Shown: positions 37,546 through 50,929 of the stretch, piece after piece | Numbering within the stretch: the stretch's first letter is position 1 | Layout of the letters: each line of letters opens with the position of its first letter | DNA from: Mobula hypostoma | Lineage: Eukaryota | DNA length: 64,000 bases | Direction of reading: 5' to 3' | Assembly: GCF_963921235.1 (NCBI RefSeq) | Contig: NC_086097.1 | Span: 60,514,001-60,578,000, forward strand | Notes under the pieces: model-generated | The model's database searches: none | What the model was told of the DNA's origin: nothing | What the model saw: only the letters and a program-made list of their open reading frames with translations | Program-made: the position numbers and the translations under genes

Positions 37546-38644
37546 TAGATTATTTGCTTGCTTCAAAGGTGAAAATTTATTCTGGTACTTCAAAACCTCT
37601 CTTCACACTTCCACTGAAAGAATCCCTTGAACAGCTTATCTAGTTACTTACATTCCACCTCAATCTTCCATACTTATTTCTAATTGACTTAATTTGCACA
37701 TAATTTACTTCATATTATATTTTCTTGACACCATTCAGGCTTTCCTTTGTTGTTTTTTGTTCTCATTTTAAATTTTCCAGTTATTCTTTACTTTAGGAAG
37801 TGAATTTCTTCTTCAGTGTCACTCCATAGCAACATTATGCATCAATACACATCATAATTGGTGAATTGTCATCATAATACAGGACTCTAGCAGTAGCAGA
37901 AAGAAGCTTGCACAAAATAAGAATGGTGAGGCATAATGCTCCCAAATAGCTTTGGTTCATTTAATTCTAGAAGTATTTCAATACCTATGCACCACAGGGA
38001 GAAAGCATTAGCTGTATGTATACAGGGGATGTTCTTTAAACTGAGATCACAGGAGGTACCATGAGTAATTGCAAAGCAAAAATCATGCATGGATCTCCTC
38101 AGTCAGGATGCAAATATGAAATTAAGGACAAGAATTTGATGTTTTTGTTGGACTTGCAGGAATATTTTAACACTATATAATCACTTCATTATACTGCAGT
38201 GGTGTAATACAAGTTATCCGTCTCTGCAAGTAAAGCCTGTGGGAAACAAAAAATATTAGTCTTACAGTTTTCTTGCATTAATGAATTTATTACCCCCTGC
38301 TCACTTCAGAGATGCATCAAATTCTTTTAAACGATATCAAATACCTAAAAAAAAAATCCCCTTTAAATCTTTGTCAACACCACTAGGAATTTGAAAAAAA
38401 AATCAGCATGAATTGGCAATAATTTGAGATGCAGAAAAGCAGAGTAATTGAATAAACTGTAAATAGTAACCCACTTGTTCATACTGGAACCTTAACGGAG
38501 TCAAAGGTGTCAGGAACATACAATCATTTAAAATGTGCTGATATGTTTCACGTACTGACTATAAAGTGATTCTCATTCTGATTCTGACAAGTGGATAGGA
38601 TGGTGGTGAGAATTACAGAAGGTATTTAATTATACAGTTAGCAT

Positions 38645-38905
38645 ACTTACTTACTGCTTGTAATGCCACTGGCATTTAGGCCAGCAATGAAGTTCCTCCA
38701 TCTCTGGCAGTGTTCAGGGCTTCCTTCATCACGTCAGTAGCTTCCTCTTGGTTTTCTGTACTGTCAGTTATGCAAGTCCCTGGTGAAGAATCAGGAATAC
38801 AAGTCACACTCAAATGTAGAAGTATTCTTTACTACTGTTTCCATAATAATTTTGTTTCACCGGTCAGGGTTGCTAGTCCTGAGTTGAACCCCTAAACCTG
38901 GAGGA
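38645..38905 (-). mobile_element. RTE-related short repeat
   Basis: (TAAG)n tail and ...TGGAGGAACTTCATTGCTGGCCTAAATGCC on the minus strand. Confidence 0.45.
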
Positions 38906-38934
38906 CACGCAGTTAGCGTAACAGTTAGTAAAAT

Positions 38935-40003
38935 ATCAGATGGCAAGAATTAGGTGTACAAGAGTGAAATCGGTCAACTGGTGGAGTGATGTCTTCACAA
39001 GAACCTTACACCCAATGTCAGTAAATGAAAATTGTGCACCAAGTCCAAGATTTTGAACTTCAGTAACGGGGGTGTCAGGATAACACACATTAGTCCTTCC
39101 TGAGGGGTCAGTGGTGGAAAAGATGAGCAACTTTAAGGTCCTACATGTCAACATCTTGGATAATCTACCCTGGGCCCAACACATTGGTGCAATCAAGAAG
39201 GTGAAATGCCAGTGGCTATACTATGTCAGGAATTGGAAAAAATTTAGCGTGTCAAACATTCTTGCAAATTTCTCTACAGGTATAATGGAAAACATTCAAT
39301 TTTCAAAGTTCAATGTTCGAAGTACATTTATTATAAGAATATGTATAAATTATACAACCATGAAATTTGTCTGCTTACAGGCAGCCACAAAGCAAGAACC
39401 CCAAATGAACCCAATTAAAAAAAAAGAACAATACTTAATGTACAGAGAAAGAGAAAATAACACAAATCATGCAAAGAATAGAAGCAAGCAACAGCATTCT
39501 GAACCAAATTGAGTCCATAGACCCAAATTGTTGGAGCAGCTAGATAAGGCCCAAAGCCTCAGTCTAAGTTCAGCATATTCTGACTTGTTGCACTACAATC
39601 TGATATTGAGGATCCAATACAAAGGATCACTTCAAGGACTGTGGACTCAGGCAACTCCATCACAGGCACAAAGTTCACAAAGTTCACAACATCCTATCTT
39701 TAAGAGCCAGTTCCACAAGAAATTAGCATCCATCACTAAGGACCTTCACCATCTGGAAAATGCCCTCTTCTTTTTATGACCAAAGAGGAAATGTGGGAGC
39801 CTGGAAGATCCGTACTTAATGATATTGGAACAAATTCTTCCCCCCGAAAGTTAGATTTCTGAATGATCCATGAACCCATGAACACCACTTAGTCGTTGCT
39901 TTTTTTTGAGGCAGTATTTATTTATTTTGTAATTTTTAGTAATTTTTCCAATGTACTACTGTTGCAAAACAACAGATTTCATTATGTATAAGTAGGTAAT
40001 ATA
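38935..40003 (+). mobile_element. Rex1/L2-type LINE relic with an inverted LINE tail nested at ~39300-39560
   Basis: VEKMSNFKVL.VNI..LPWAQH, KKLASITKD; AAGTTCAATGTTCGAAGTACATTTATT insert. Confidence 0.7.
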
Positions 40004-42210
40004 ATAAGACCATAAGACCACAAGAGATAGGATCAGAATTAGGCCATTTGGTCCATCAGGTCTGCTCCACCATTCAACCATGGCTGATCCTTTTCTCCCC
40101 TCCTCAACATGGCCTTCTCAAATGTAACTTTTGATGCTGTATCCTATCAATGTCCTATCAATCTCTGCCTTAAATACACTCAATGAACTGGCCTCCACAG
40201 CTGCGTATAGTAATAAATTCCACAAATTCACCACCCTCAGGTTAAAGAAATTTCTCCTCTTCTCTGTTTTAAATGGACAACCCCCTATCCTGAGGCTGTG
40301 CCCTCTGGTCCCAGACTCTCCCACCACGGGAAACATCCTTTCCACATCTTCTCTGTTTAGGCTTTTCATCATTCGAACGGTTTCAATCAGAAACAGTTCT
40401 CAACCTCATCCTTCTAAATTTCAGCAAATACAAACCCTGAGCCATCAAATCTTCCTTATATGGTAACCTTTTCATTCCAGGAATCATAAGCCTCCTCTGA
40501 ACACTCTCCAACACCAGCACATCTTTTCTCAGAGAAGGAGCCCGAAACTGTTCACAATACTCAAAGTGAGGCCAAATAAATGGCTTTATTTGCCATCTTC
40601 ACCACTGACTCAACCTACAAGTTAATTTTTAGGGCGTTCTGCACAAGGACCCCAAGTCCTTTTGTCTCTCAGATTTTTGGATTTTCTCCCCGTTTAGAAA
40701 ATAGTCTGCACATTTATTTCTGCTACCAAAGTGCATGACCATGCATTTTCCAACATTGTATTTCATTTGCCACTTTCTTACCCATTCTCCTAATCTGTCT
40801 AAGTCCCTCTGCAGCCTACCTGTTTCCTCAACACTATCTGCCGCTACTCCAATCTTCGTATCACCTGCAAACTAGGCAAAAAAGCCATTTATTCCATCAT
40901 CTAAATCATTGATAAAGAGTAAAGAATGTAATCCCAACACCAAGCCTCCGCAACACCACTAGTCACTGGCAGCCAACCAGAAAAGGATCCTTTTATTCCC
41001 ATTCGCTGCCTCCTATCAATCAGCCAATGCTTTAACCATGCTGTTTCTAACCATAACGTTTCTTTTTGGACACTAGACCAAACCAGTTCCCCTCCACTAC
41101 CACTCTCATTCACCTAGCAGAACGAATCCTCACGCTGAATAATTTCTCCTTTGGCTCCTCCCAATTCCTTCAAACAAAAGGGGTAGCCATGCGCAGTCAC
41201 ATGGCTATCAGGTATGCCTGCCTGCTTGTCAGCTATGAGAAACAATCTATGTTCCAAGCCTACACTGGTGACCGTCCCGCACTTTTCCTATGCTACATCA
41301 ATGACTGTATTGGTGCTGCTTCCTGCACCCAAACTCGACGACTTCATCCACTTTGCCTCCAACTTCCACCCTGCCCTCAAATTTACCTGGTACATTTCCG
41401 ACACCTCCCTGCCCTTTCTCAATCTCACTGTCTCTATATTTGGAGAAAGCTTATCCACTGATGTCTATTCTAAACCCACGGACTCTCACAGCTACTTAGA
41501 CTATACCTCTTCCCACTCTGTTACTTTTAAATACACCAAACCTTCTCTCAATTCTTCCATCTCCACCACATCAGGATGAAGCTTTAGGAGATGTCCTCCT
41601 TTTTCAAAGAAAGTTCCTTTCGTTCCTACAACATGAACGCTGCCCTCAACTGTATCTCTTCCATTTCACCCCATCCTCCCAACACCCCACCAGGGATAGG
41701 GTAACTCTTGTCCTCAGCTACCATCCCACCAGCCTCCGGGTCCAGCATATAATTCTCTGAAACTTCCGCCATATCTAATGGGATCCCACCACCAAGCACA
41801 TCTTTTCCTCCCCCCCCCCCACTTTCTGCTTTCCACAGGGATCACTCCCTACGCAACTTCTTTGTCCATTCGTCCTTCCCCACTGATCTCCCTCCTGACA
41901 CTTACCTTACCATTCAGGGCTCTAAACCGTCCTTTCAGGTGAGGCGACTCTTCATCTGTGAGTCTGTTGGGGATCATATATTGAGTCCGGTGCTCCCAGT
42001 GTGGCCTCCTGTATATTGGTGTGACCCAGAGTAGATTCAGAGACCACTTCGCCGAGCACCTACACTCCATCCACCAGAAAAAGTATGTTCTCCCTGAGGC
42101 CACCCATTTTAATTCCACTTCCCATTCCCATTCCAATTTGTCCATCCACGGCTTCCTCCACTGTTGTGGTGAGGCCACACTTAGGTTGGCAGAACGACAT
42201 CTTATATTCC

Positions 42211-42858
42211 AGCAACACACACAAAATGCTGGTGGAACGTAGCAGGCCAGGCAGCATCCATAGGAAGAAGCACAGTCGACGTTTCAGGCCCAGACCCTTC
42301 GTCAGGACTAACTGAAAGAAGAGATAGTAAGAGATTTGAAAGTGGGAGGGGGAGGGGGAGATCCAAAATGATAGGAGAAGATGGGGGGGGGTGGGGAGAG
42401 AGCTAGGAACTGGAAAGTTGATTGGTAAAAGGGATACAAGGCTGGAGAAGGGAGAGGATCATGGGATGGAAGGCCTAGGGAAAAAGAAAGGAGGGAGGGG
42501 AGTGCCAGAGGAACATGAGAGGCAAGGAGTTATTGTGAGAGGGACAGAGAGAGAAAAAAAGAGAGAAAAAAAGTTAAATAAACAAATAAATTAATGAATG
42601 AATGAATAAATAAATAAACAAACAAACAAACACACGAATGAATGAATGAATAAGGGATGGGGTGAGAACAGAAGAAGGGGCATTAACGGAAGTTAGAGAA
42701 GTCAACGTTCATGCCATCAGGTTGGAGGCTACCCAAACGGAATATAAGGTGCTGTTCCCCCAACCTGAGTGTGGCTTCATCTTGACAGTAGAGGAGGCCA
42801 TGGATGGACATATCGGAATGGGAATGGGACATGGAATTAAAATGTGTATTCTTATATA
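42211..42858 (-). mobile_element. Younger Penelope 3' fragment inserted in reverse within the older copy
   Basis: TSD ATCTTATATTCC at 42199-42210 and 42859-42870; nearly identical to 26608-27210. Confidence 0.88.
42274..42309 (-). ncRNA. Minimal hammerhead ribozyme motif, intact core
   Basis: Minus strand AGTC-CTGACGA-AGG GTCTGGG CCT-GAAA-C-GTC-GACT. Confidence 0.78.
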
Positions 42859-43704
42859 ATCTTATATTCCATCTAGGTAGCCTCCAACCTGATGGCAAGA
42901 ACATTGATTTCTTGAACTTGCAGTAATGCCCCACAACCGCCCCCCTTCAACATTTCCCATCCACTTTCCCCTCTCTCATCTTCTTGCCCGCTCATTGCCT
43001 CTCTCTGCTGCTCCTTCCCCCTTTTTGTTCTTCCAGGGCCTTCTGTCTTTTTCACCAATCATCTTCCCAGCTTTTTACTACATTCCTCCCCCTTCAGTTT
43101 TCACCGATCAACTTGTGTTTTTCTCTCCCATCCCCTTCCTTATAAATCTACTCCTCATCTTTTTTTTCTCCAGTTTAGCTGAAGCGTCTCGGCCTGAAAC
43201 ATCAACTGTACTCTTTTTGATTGATGCTGCCTATCCTGCTGAGTTCCTCCAGCATTTTGTGTGTGTTGCTCTAACCATGCCAGTAACTTTCCTAGGCTCT
43301 TGACTTGGTAAGCAGCCTCATGTGTGGCACCTTGTCAAAGCCCTTCTGAAAGTCCAAATATACAACATTCTCTGCATGTCCTTTATGTATCCCACCTGTA
43401 ATCTCCTCAACAAATTCTAATAGGTTTGTCAGGCAGGATTTTCCCTTAAAGAAACCATGTTGGAAGTACTTCATAGTCTCATCTTTAACAATTACTCCAA
43501 CATCTTCCCAACCACTGAGGTCAGGCTAACTGGTCATAATTTCCTTTCTGCTGCCTTCTTCCTTTCTTAAAGAATGGAGAGTCATTTGCATTCTTTTACA
43601 ATTTTTTTTACAATTTTACAATTTTTACAATTTGGTTCTGTTACAGTTCTAAATGTTAAATAACCTCTGCAATTAATACTTCTAATACCATTGTGAATTA
43701 ATAA

Positions 43705-44330
43705 TTTAGATTAGATTATGAAGACAGGTAGTTCTCTTTTATTGTAATTTAGTAATGCATACATTGAGAAATGATACATTAATTCCTCTGGTGTGATCTC
43801 ACAAAACACAGGACAGACCAAGACTGAAAAAACTGAGAGAACCACATAATTATAACATATTGTTACAACGGTGCACAATACCATAACTTGATGAAGAAGT
43901 CCATGAGCACAGTAAATTTCAAAGTTTCTCAAATGTCCCACATTTCACGCAGACGGGAGAGGGAAGAAAAACTCTCCCTGCCATGCCGACCACAATCCGA
44001 CTCTGAGTCATCCGAAAACTTCGAGCTCTGATCAGCTCTCCGACACCGAGTACTGAGCGCCATCTCTGTCTGAACGATTCAACCTCCTTCTCGGTCGCCA
44101 AAAAGCAGACAAGGCCAGGGATTTTGAGGCCTACCCACCAAAAGATTCCCGACCACACAGTAACAACAGCAGCGAACAGGCGTTTCAGAAATTTCTCCAG
44201 GTGTTCCTCTGTGCTTTCACATCCATTCTCCATCAAATCAGAATTGTCCACGGCCCCTATTTAACAGATATGATATCATTTTTCACCGGAGGGCTGCGCA
44301 CACGCAAGCACACCGCCATCTTCTCCTCCC
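43705..44330 (-). mobile_element. Short non-autonomous LINE-derived element
   Basis: Minus strand begins GGGAGGAGAAGATGGCGG, is CpG-rich, and ends AATAAA...(TCTAA)n; no ORF. Confidence 0.55.
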
Positions 44331-44839
44331 ACCTTACCCAATGTTTCAGGGTGTTTTTCTGCACATACTTTAAATGACAAAGTCATAAAGATGTCTATGA
44401 GAATCTATTCTGCTAATCTACAATAATAATCAATAATGTCTTACAAAAGTATTGTGTTAAATTTTTCATGCATTGAGCCTTGATAGTGAGTTTACAGAGA
44501 CCATTGCTTTCATCTAATTATCTCAAGTATTCTAATTAGGATCAGGTTCGATGACTTTGGTTTTAGAAGACACACGTGGGTTAATAACAGATTGTCTAAA
44601 ATTCTTTTCCAATTTTCCTACCAACAACATAGTAATATTGCAGTGCTATCTAGTGTATGTACATTAATTGTATTTGATTTATTGTACTTAATGCATTCAT
44701 TCCGGATATGGTTAAAATGAGCATTGAGGCCATGATTGTAAAAGCACAACTTTGGTGTACAGCGAATGCCATATGTTTGCTGAGTGGGAGATCGCAGAGT
44801 GAGTTGAAGACAGTTCCTGTGGAGTTTATGCACCTGTTT

Positions 44840-46290
44840 TAAAAAGTGAACAGAGCCTGTCAGGAGTTGTTATTGAGCATGAGATGACTCGTGTTATTCA
44901 TAACTCAGCAAGGGCCACTAAAGAGAAGTGAGGTGTAAGCAGAGTGGCCATTGTGGGAGTGGATCAGGGTTAGATTGGGAGGACTTGTCTGAACAGTCTT
45001 CGATGAGAACAGGCTCGGAGTAATTTATAAGCAAGTTCTTTTTCTCTCTTTATTTGTCTAGTAGTGTATAGTAAATGCATTGAGAATGGATTCAGATGTA
45101 GTGGCATGTTCTATATGTGAGATATGGGAACTCTGGGAGATCTCCAATCTCCTTGATAATTACATCTGCACAAAGTGCATTGAGCTGCAGCTCCTTAGAG
45201 ACCATGCTAAGTTACTGAAGTTGCAGCTTGATAACCTTCAGTTCATACAGGAGAATGAGGAGGTAACAGAGAAGAACTATAGAGAGGTAGTCATCCCTGA
45301 GTTGCAGGAGGCATGTAGCTGAGTGACTGTCAAGGGAGGGAAAGTGAATAGGTATCCAGTGCAGAGTAGCCATGTTGTCATTCCACTCAAGTACACAACT
45401 TTGAACACAGTTGAGAGACACAAACTACCAAAAGGAAGATGCAGCGAGTGGGTTCCTGGAACTGAGTCTGGCACTATGGCTCAGAAGGGAAGGGAGAAAA
45501 GAGGACTGCAGCAGTGATAGGGGAATCCATAGTTAGAGGAGCAGACAGGAGATTCTGTGGACATGAAAGAGAACCCAAATGGTATCTTGCCTTCCAGTTT
45601 TCCAAGGTCGGGGATTGGGTGCACAGCATTCTCAAGGGGAACAGTAAGCATCTGAAAGTTACGCTATGCATTGGTGCCAATGACATAAGAAGGAAAAGGG
45701 ATGAGGTCCTGAAGAGCCGATGTAGGTAGTTGGGTAGAAAGCTGAAGAGCAGGACATCAAAGGTAGTAATCTCTGGATTGCTGCCTGTGTCACACATCAC
45801 TGCGGGTAAGAATAGGATGATTTGGCAAGCAAATATGTGTCTGAGGAATTGGTGCAGGTGGCAGGATTTCAGATTGTTGGATCATTGGGATCTCCTCTGG
45901 GGAAGTAATGACCTGTACAAAAAAGGATGGGTTACACCCGAACCCAAGGGGCATCAATATCCTTGTGGCAACGTTTTAGCAAACCTGTTGTTGGGGAGGA
46001 TTTAAACAAATTTGTCAGGGGGATGGGAAGTGGAGTGATAGGGCTGAGGCTGGGCTAGTTGGTATACAAATCAATGCAGTGTGTATTGAGACTGTGAGAG
46101 AGGAGAGGCAGATGATGGGGCAAAATTGCAGTCAACAGTTTGAGTTGCAGTGTAAAATACAGACAAAATTGATAAGGGTGAATACAGGACTGAAGGTGTT
46201 ATATTTGAATGTGTGCAGTATACAGAATAAGGTATCTTGCAGCACAGTTAAAGATGGGCAATTATTATATAGTGGGCATCACTGAATAGT
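44840..46290 (+). mobile_element. CR1 5' UTR, ORF1 (Cys finger plus esterase) and APE start
   Basis: VACSICEIW...YICTKCIELQLL; IGESIVRGADRRFCG; IGANDI; LKVLYLNVCSIQNK. Confidence 0.88.
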
Positions 46291-46309
46291 GACAGAGGTG
46301 CACTTAATG

Positions 46310-47045
46310 GTGTTGAAACTGTACTCACTGGAGTTTATAAGATGAGGGGGAGCTCATTGAAATCTACTGAATATTGAAAGACCGAGATAGAATGGAAGTG
46401 AAGAGTATGTTTCCTAAAGTAGGGGAGTCCAGCATCAGAGGCCACAATCTCAGAATATAGGGATGTTAATTTACAACAGTGATGAGGAGGACTTTCTTTT
46501 GCCAAAGGGTGGTGAATCTGTGGAAATCATTGTCAGAAATAGCTATAGAGATCCCCCAGATCATTGAAGTTATTCTTATGAACGTTCTCTGGACCTTCTC
46601 CAATGCCAGCATACCTTTTCAGATAACTGGCCTATAATTTCCTTCCATCCACCTCCCTCCCTTCTTAAAGAGTGTTGTGACATTTGAAAATTTTCAATGT
46701 CTGGAACTATTCCAGAATCTAATAATGTATGAAAGATCACAATAAATGCCTTCACAATCTCTTCAGTTACCTCTTTCAGTTCCCTGAGGTATAGTCTATC
46801 TGGTCCAGTTGAGTAAATTACCTTCAAACCATTCAACTTCCCAAACACCTTTTCCTTAGTAAAAGTAACTACCATCACTTCGGCCCTTTGACACTCCTCT
46901 GGCATTGTAGTGGTATCTTCCATGGCGAATAATGATGCAAAATACTTCTTAAGTTTGTCCATCATTTTATTGTCCTCCATTACTACCATTCCAGCAACAT
47001 TTTCCAGTGGTCCAATATCCATTCTCTCCTCTCTTTTACTCTATA
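46310..47045. mobile_element. CR1 fragments in opposite orientations (+ 46310-46560, - 46560-47045)
   Basis: RVVNLW on plus; STGPDRLYLRELKE on minus. Confidence 0.75.
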
Positions 47046-48195
47046 AATCTGTAAAAATGATGGTTTCATGGATGACGGTTGAAGGGTAATAACTGTTCTT
47101 GAACCTGGTGGTGTGGAACCGAAGGCTCCTGAACCTCCTTATGGCTATAGCTACCACAACCAGCACAGTTTCCATGTCCTTACTGCAGATGTCCATGTTG
47201 CTCACAACTTGGACTCAACAGCCACCTTTGAATGCACAACGGAAGTATTGCACAAATCCCACTATCATTGTTGGATATGACAGACAACCACACAATCAAT
47301 CAGGTAAAAACCTATACTAAGGAGAATTTTTCTAATGACAACACTGCTTTGTAGTTTGTTCTCTGTTATACTTACTCTCTTAATTTGGCCTGAACCGATC
47401 TGGCTCAGGTAAAACCAGCCAAGACAAACACAGCAAAAAACAAAACAAAAAACGTATTACATTATGCAAAAAAACACAACAACAATATAGATGTCTGCAC
47501 ATATAATACAGAATATTGCAAGAAGCTACAGCAGAATTTTACGATGAAATACTATCGTATACCATGCACAAATAGCCTGTCTGCTCTAACAATATCACAC
47601 AGTTGTAGCTCTTAAATTATATCTGTAACTTCACCTTGCATGCATTTCTCCTGAAGTAAGAAAACAATTCATTCCAGGAATTATGTGCACCCTCTTGTTC
47701 CTACATGTACAGATGATCAATTCTGTCCACAGTCACTTTGTATATTCTGAGTTTGCACCTGTAAAGCTATTTTCACACTGCAAGAAACAAACACATGACA
47801 GTTGATTGATGCAAATGCTTCCCTTATTAGAACCATCTACATCCAAGTAAGTGTACTTATGCCCCCAGATTATTTGATTTAATTAGACAATGTCATCTTT
47901 TTTTTCTGATAAGTTGTCTATAAAGGAAGATCTCAGAAGTTATTTTGGAAAGTTCTTACTTGCTCAAGTGACTGTTAAAAATTGAACATTATCTCACAGA
48001 AGCAGCTCAGAGAAAGCACATACAATTAGCAGATACATTAATAGGTACCTGTGGAACCTAATTAGGAGGGCACAGAGGGTACGTTCATGTTCGTAGACTG
48101 CTTTAGCCCATCCACTTCAAGGTTCAACATGCTATGCATTCAGATTTGCTTCTCTGTATACCACTGTTGTAATGCATGGTTATTTGAGTTACTGT

Positions 48196-49500
48196 TCAAA
48201 GTTCAAAGTAAATTCATTATCAAAGTATCTCTACAATGTGCAGATTCATTTTCTTGTGGGCAATCACAGTAAATACAAGAAATACAACATCATCAATGAA
48301 AGACCACGCCCAACAGGATGGACAACATCCAATGTGCAAAAAAAAAAACAAGCTGTATAAATATAAAAAGAAAGAGAAAATAATAATAATAATAATAATA
48401 ATAATAAAGCAATAAATATCAAGAACATGAGATGACAAGTCCATGAAAGTGAGGCTGTTGGTGGTGGGGAGAGTTCAGTGATGGAGTAAATGAAGTTGAC
48501 TGAATTTAGCCTCTCTGGTTCAAGAGCCTAATGACTGAGGGGTAATAACTGTTTCTGGATCTGATAGTACAGGTTCTGACGATCCTGTACCTTCTTCCTG
48601 ATCCAGCAGTGAGAAAACAGCATGGACTGGGTGGTGGGCATCCTTGATGATGGATGCAGCTTTCCTGTGACAGCATTCTATGTAGATATGCTCAGTGGTG
48701 CAGAGGGACCCATGATGGACTGGGCTGTACCGCCATTTTTGTAGGCTTTTCCATACCAGGGCATGATGCAACCAGTCTATATGCTCTCCACCACACACCT
48801 ATAGCAGTTTGTTAAAATGTTAAATGACATGCTAAATCTTTGAAAACTTCTAAGAAAGTAGAGGCACTGCCGTACTTCCCTCATAAAAGCACTTACATAC
48901 ATGCTGGACCCAGGAACCTCTGAAATGATAACACCAAGGAACTTAAAGTTGCCAACCATCTCCACTTCTGATCCTCTGATGAGGACTGGATAATGTACCT
49001 CTGGCCTCCCCCTCCTGAAGTCAATCATCATCTCCTTGGTCTTCCTGACAATGAGTGAGAGTTTGTTGTTGTGGCACCACTCAGTCAGATTTTCAATCTC
49101 CCTCCTATATGCTGATTCATCACCACCTTTGATTTGGCCAGTGACAGTGGTGTCATCAGCAAACTTAAATATGGCATTGGGGCTGTGCTTAGCCTCACAA
49201 TCATATGTATAAAGCAAAAAGAGGAAACGGCTAAGCACACAGTCTTGTGGTGCACCATGCTGAGTGAGATTGTGGAGGAATCCGAATTGCTTGCTGTCTG
49301 CAAATGAGGAATTCAAGGATCTAGTTGCACAAGGAAGTATTGAGGATTGGATTTGAAGCTTATTGAAAAGGTTTGAGGGGTTGATAGCATTGAATGTCAT
49401 GCTCTAGTCAATAAGGTGCATTCTGATGTATGCACCTTTGCTGTCCAGATGTTACAGGATTGAGTGAGGAGCTAATGAAATGGCATCTGCTACTGGCCTG
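48196..49500 (-). mobile_element. Rex1/L2-type LINE (RT to tail)
   Basis: ORF 48777-49400: GAPQDCVLS, KFADDTTV, WCHNN, KTKEMMIDFRR, FKFLGV, LYFLRS. Confidence 0.88.
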
Positions 49501-49789
49501 TCACCTTCCCTGCCAGCATGAACCAGTCAAGCCACTCTCTTCTAACTTCTCTCATTAACAAGGCCCTTTGGCACATGGAACTGCCTTTCGCTGGATCTCT
49601 TTTTTTTTGCATCATTCTCTGTAAAATCTAGAGACTATTGTGGGTGAAAATCCCAAGAGTTCAGTAGTCTCAGAGATGCTGATACCACCTCATCTGGAAC
49701 CAACAACATTATGTGGTCAAAGTCACTTCCGTAGATCACAGTTGTTCCCCATTCTGATGTTTGGTCTGAACAACTATTGAACCTTTTGA

Positions 49790-50180
49790 CCCTCTCCCCT
49801 TTCCCTCTTCTTCCATTCCCCACTCTGACTCCCCTCTTACCTCTTTTTTTCTCACCTGTCTATCACTTCACTAAGGTGCCTCTCCTCCTTCCCTTTTCAC
49901 ACACCATTCTTCTTCAGCTGTTCACCTTTTCCACCTATCACCTCCCTCTCCCCTACCCACCTGGCTTCCCCTATCACCATCTAGCTTGTACTCTTTTCCC
50001 TCCCCTCACCTTCTTATAATGGCTTCTTCACCCTTCCATTCCAGTCTTGATGAAAAGTCTCAGCCTGAAATGTTGACTGTTTATTCCTTTCCATGGATGC
50101 TGCCTGATCTGCTGAGTTTCTGCAGTGTTTTGTATGTGTTGCTCGGAATTTCCAGCATTTGCAGAATCTCCTGTGTTTAT
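49790..50180 (+). mobile_element. Penelope 3' UTR fragment with decayed hammerhead
   Basis: Pyrimidine tract, then CAGTCTTGATGAAAAGTCTCAGCCTGAAATGTTGACTG and the GATGCTGCCTG tail. Confidence 0.8.
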
Positions 50181-50929
50181 ATTTTGTTCTTTATTTTGTC
50201 ATCAATAGTTAATGCTGATTCCCAATGAGTTAAATGCCTTTGTGCTGCATGGTTGGCTACATATTGCATCGCCAAAGTATTTGACAAGAATGTAATATGT
50301 TTAATTTCCGCAGTTGATTTGCACCCAGCATTGTGCTAAAGACAACAATGAGATAAGTAAACAGTTGTCTGAATTAAAGTATGTTAGATGAGTGTTAAGA
50401 GTAGTCCATTAACTTGGAAGAAATCCCAGCTTTTCTTTCCCTCAAACTATTTACAGGATCTGTTGTGACTGCTGAACTAAGACGCAGAGACTGTAGCTAG
50501 AGGATACAAAAGGTTTTTTTATCAACACAGCAGATCTTCCGGAGTGAATCTAGTTCTCCTTTCGCAATACAATGTTTTATACCTTTGGAACACAAAAACA
50601 ATAAACAATTAATCACAGCTTCAATGGCTATAATTACCTACTTAACTTTTACATTTTGAATGAAGGCAGGTGACTTTGCAGAATTACATATTTACAGTGG
50701 TAGCACATCCCAATTAGTAGAACTTATTTAAAAATTCAATACCGATGGCTGGCTCCAAAGCTTCAGAAGACAAACTCCAAACACCCTAAATATATACTTT
50801 TTTAAATCTCTGTGAATATACAAATAGACAGAATGTTTTGTGACAAAACTGTGCATTAAATATCAGGGATATGTCTTTAGCAGTATGTTAGTACAGGAGA
50901 TGGCAACTTAATGCCATCCCCATTATTCT

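Larger units (their letters stand above)
41060..43270 (+). mobile_element. Penelope-like element (RT plus GIY-YIG), 5'-truncated
   Basis: FLQTKGVAM, YINDCIG, LPFLNL, YSKPTDSHSYLDYTS, GIIY..RCSQCGLLYIG. Confidence 0.92.
40005..43590 (-). mobile_element. CR1 LINE split by a Penelope insertion (41042-43270)
   Basis: (CATAAGAC)n tail; RVVNLWN; QHGFFKGKSCLTNLL...YLDFQKGFDKVPH after the insertion; 14-bp near-perfect TSD at 41028-41041 and 43267-43280. Confidence 0.88.
48030..50270. mobile_element. Tc1-like non-autonomous DNA transposon remnant split by later insertions
   Basis: Segments 48090-48195, 49500-49790 and ~50225-50270 recalled as collinear parts of a fish Tc1-type element. Confidence 0.45.

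Noticed and set aside
47620..47780. Possible minus-strand exons (TTTACAG and TTACTTCAG acceptors)
   Set aside because: All frames close quickly and the donor is weak; needs RNA evidence
50461..50880. Possible solo LTR starting TGTTGTG
   Set aside because: I could not find a matching terminus with a TSD
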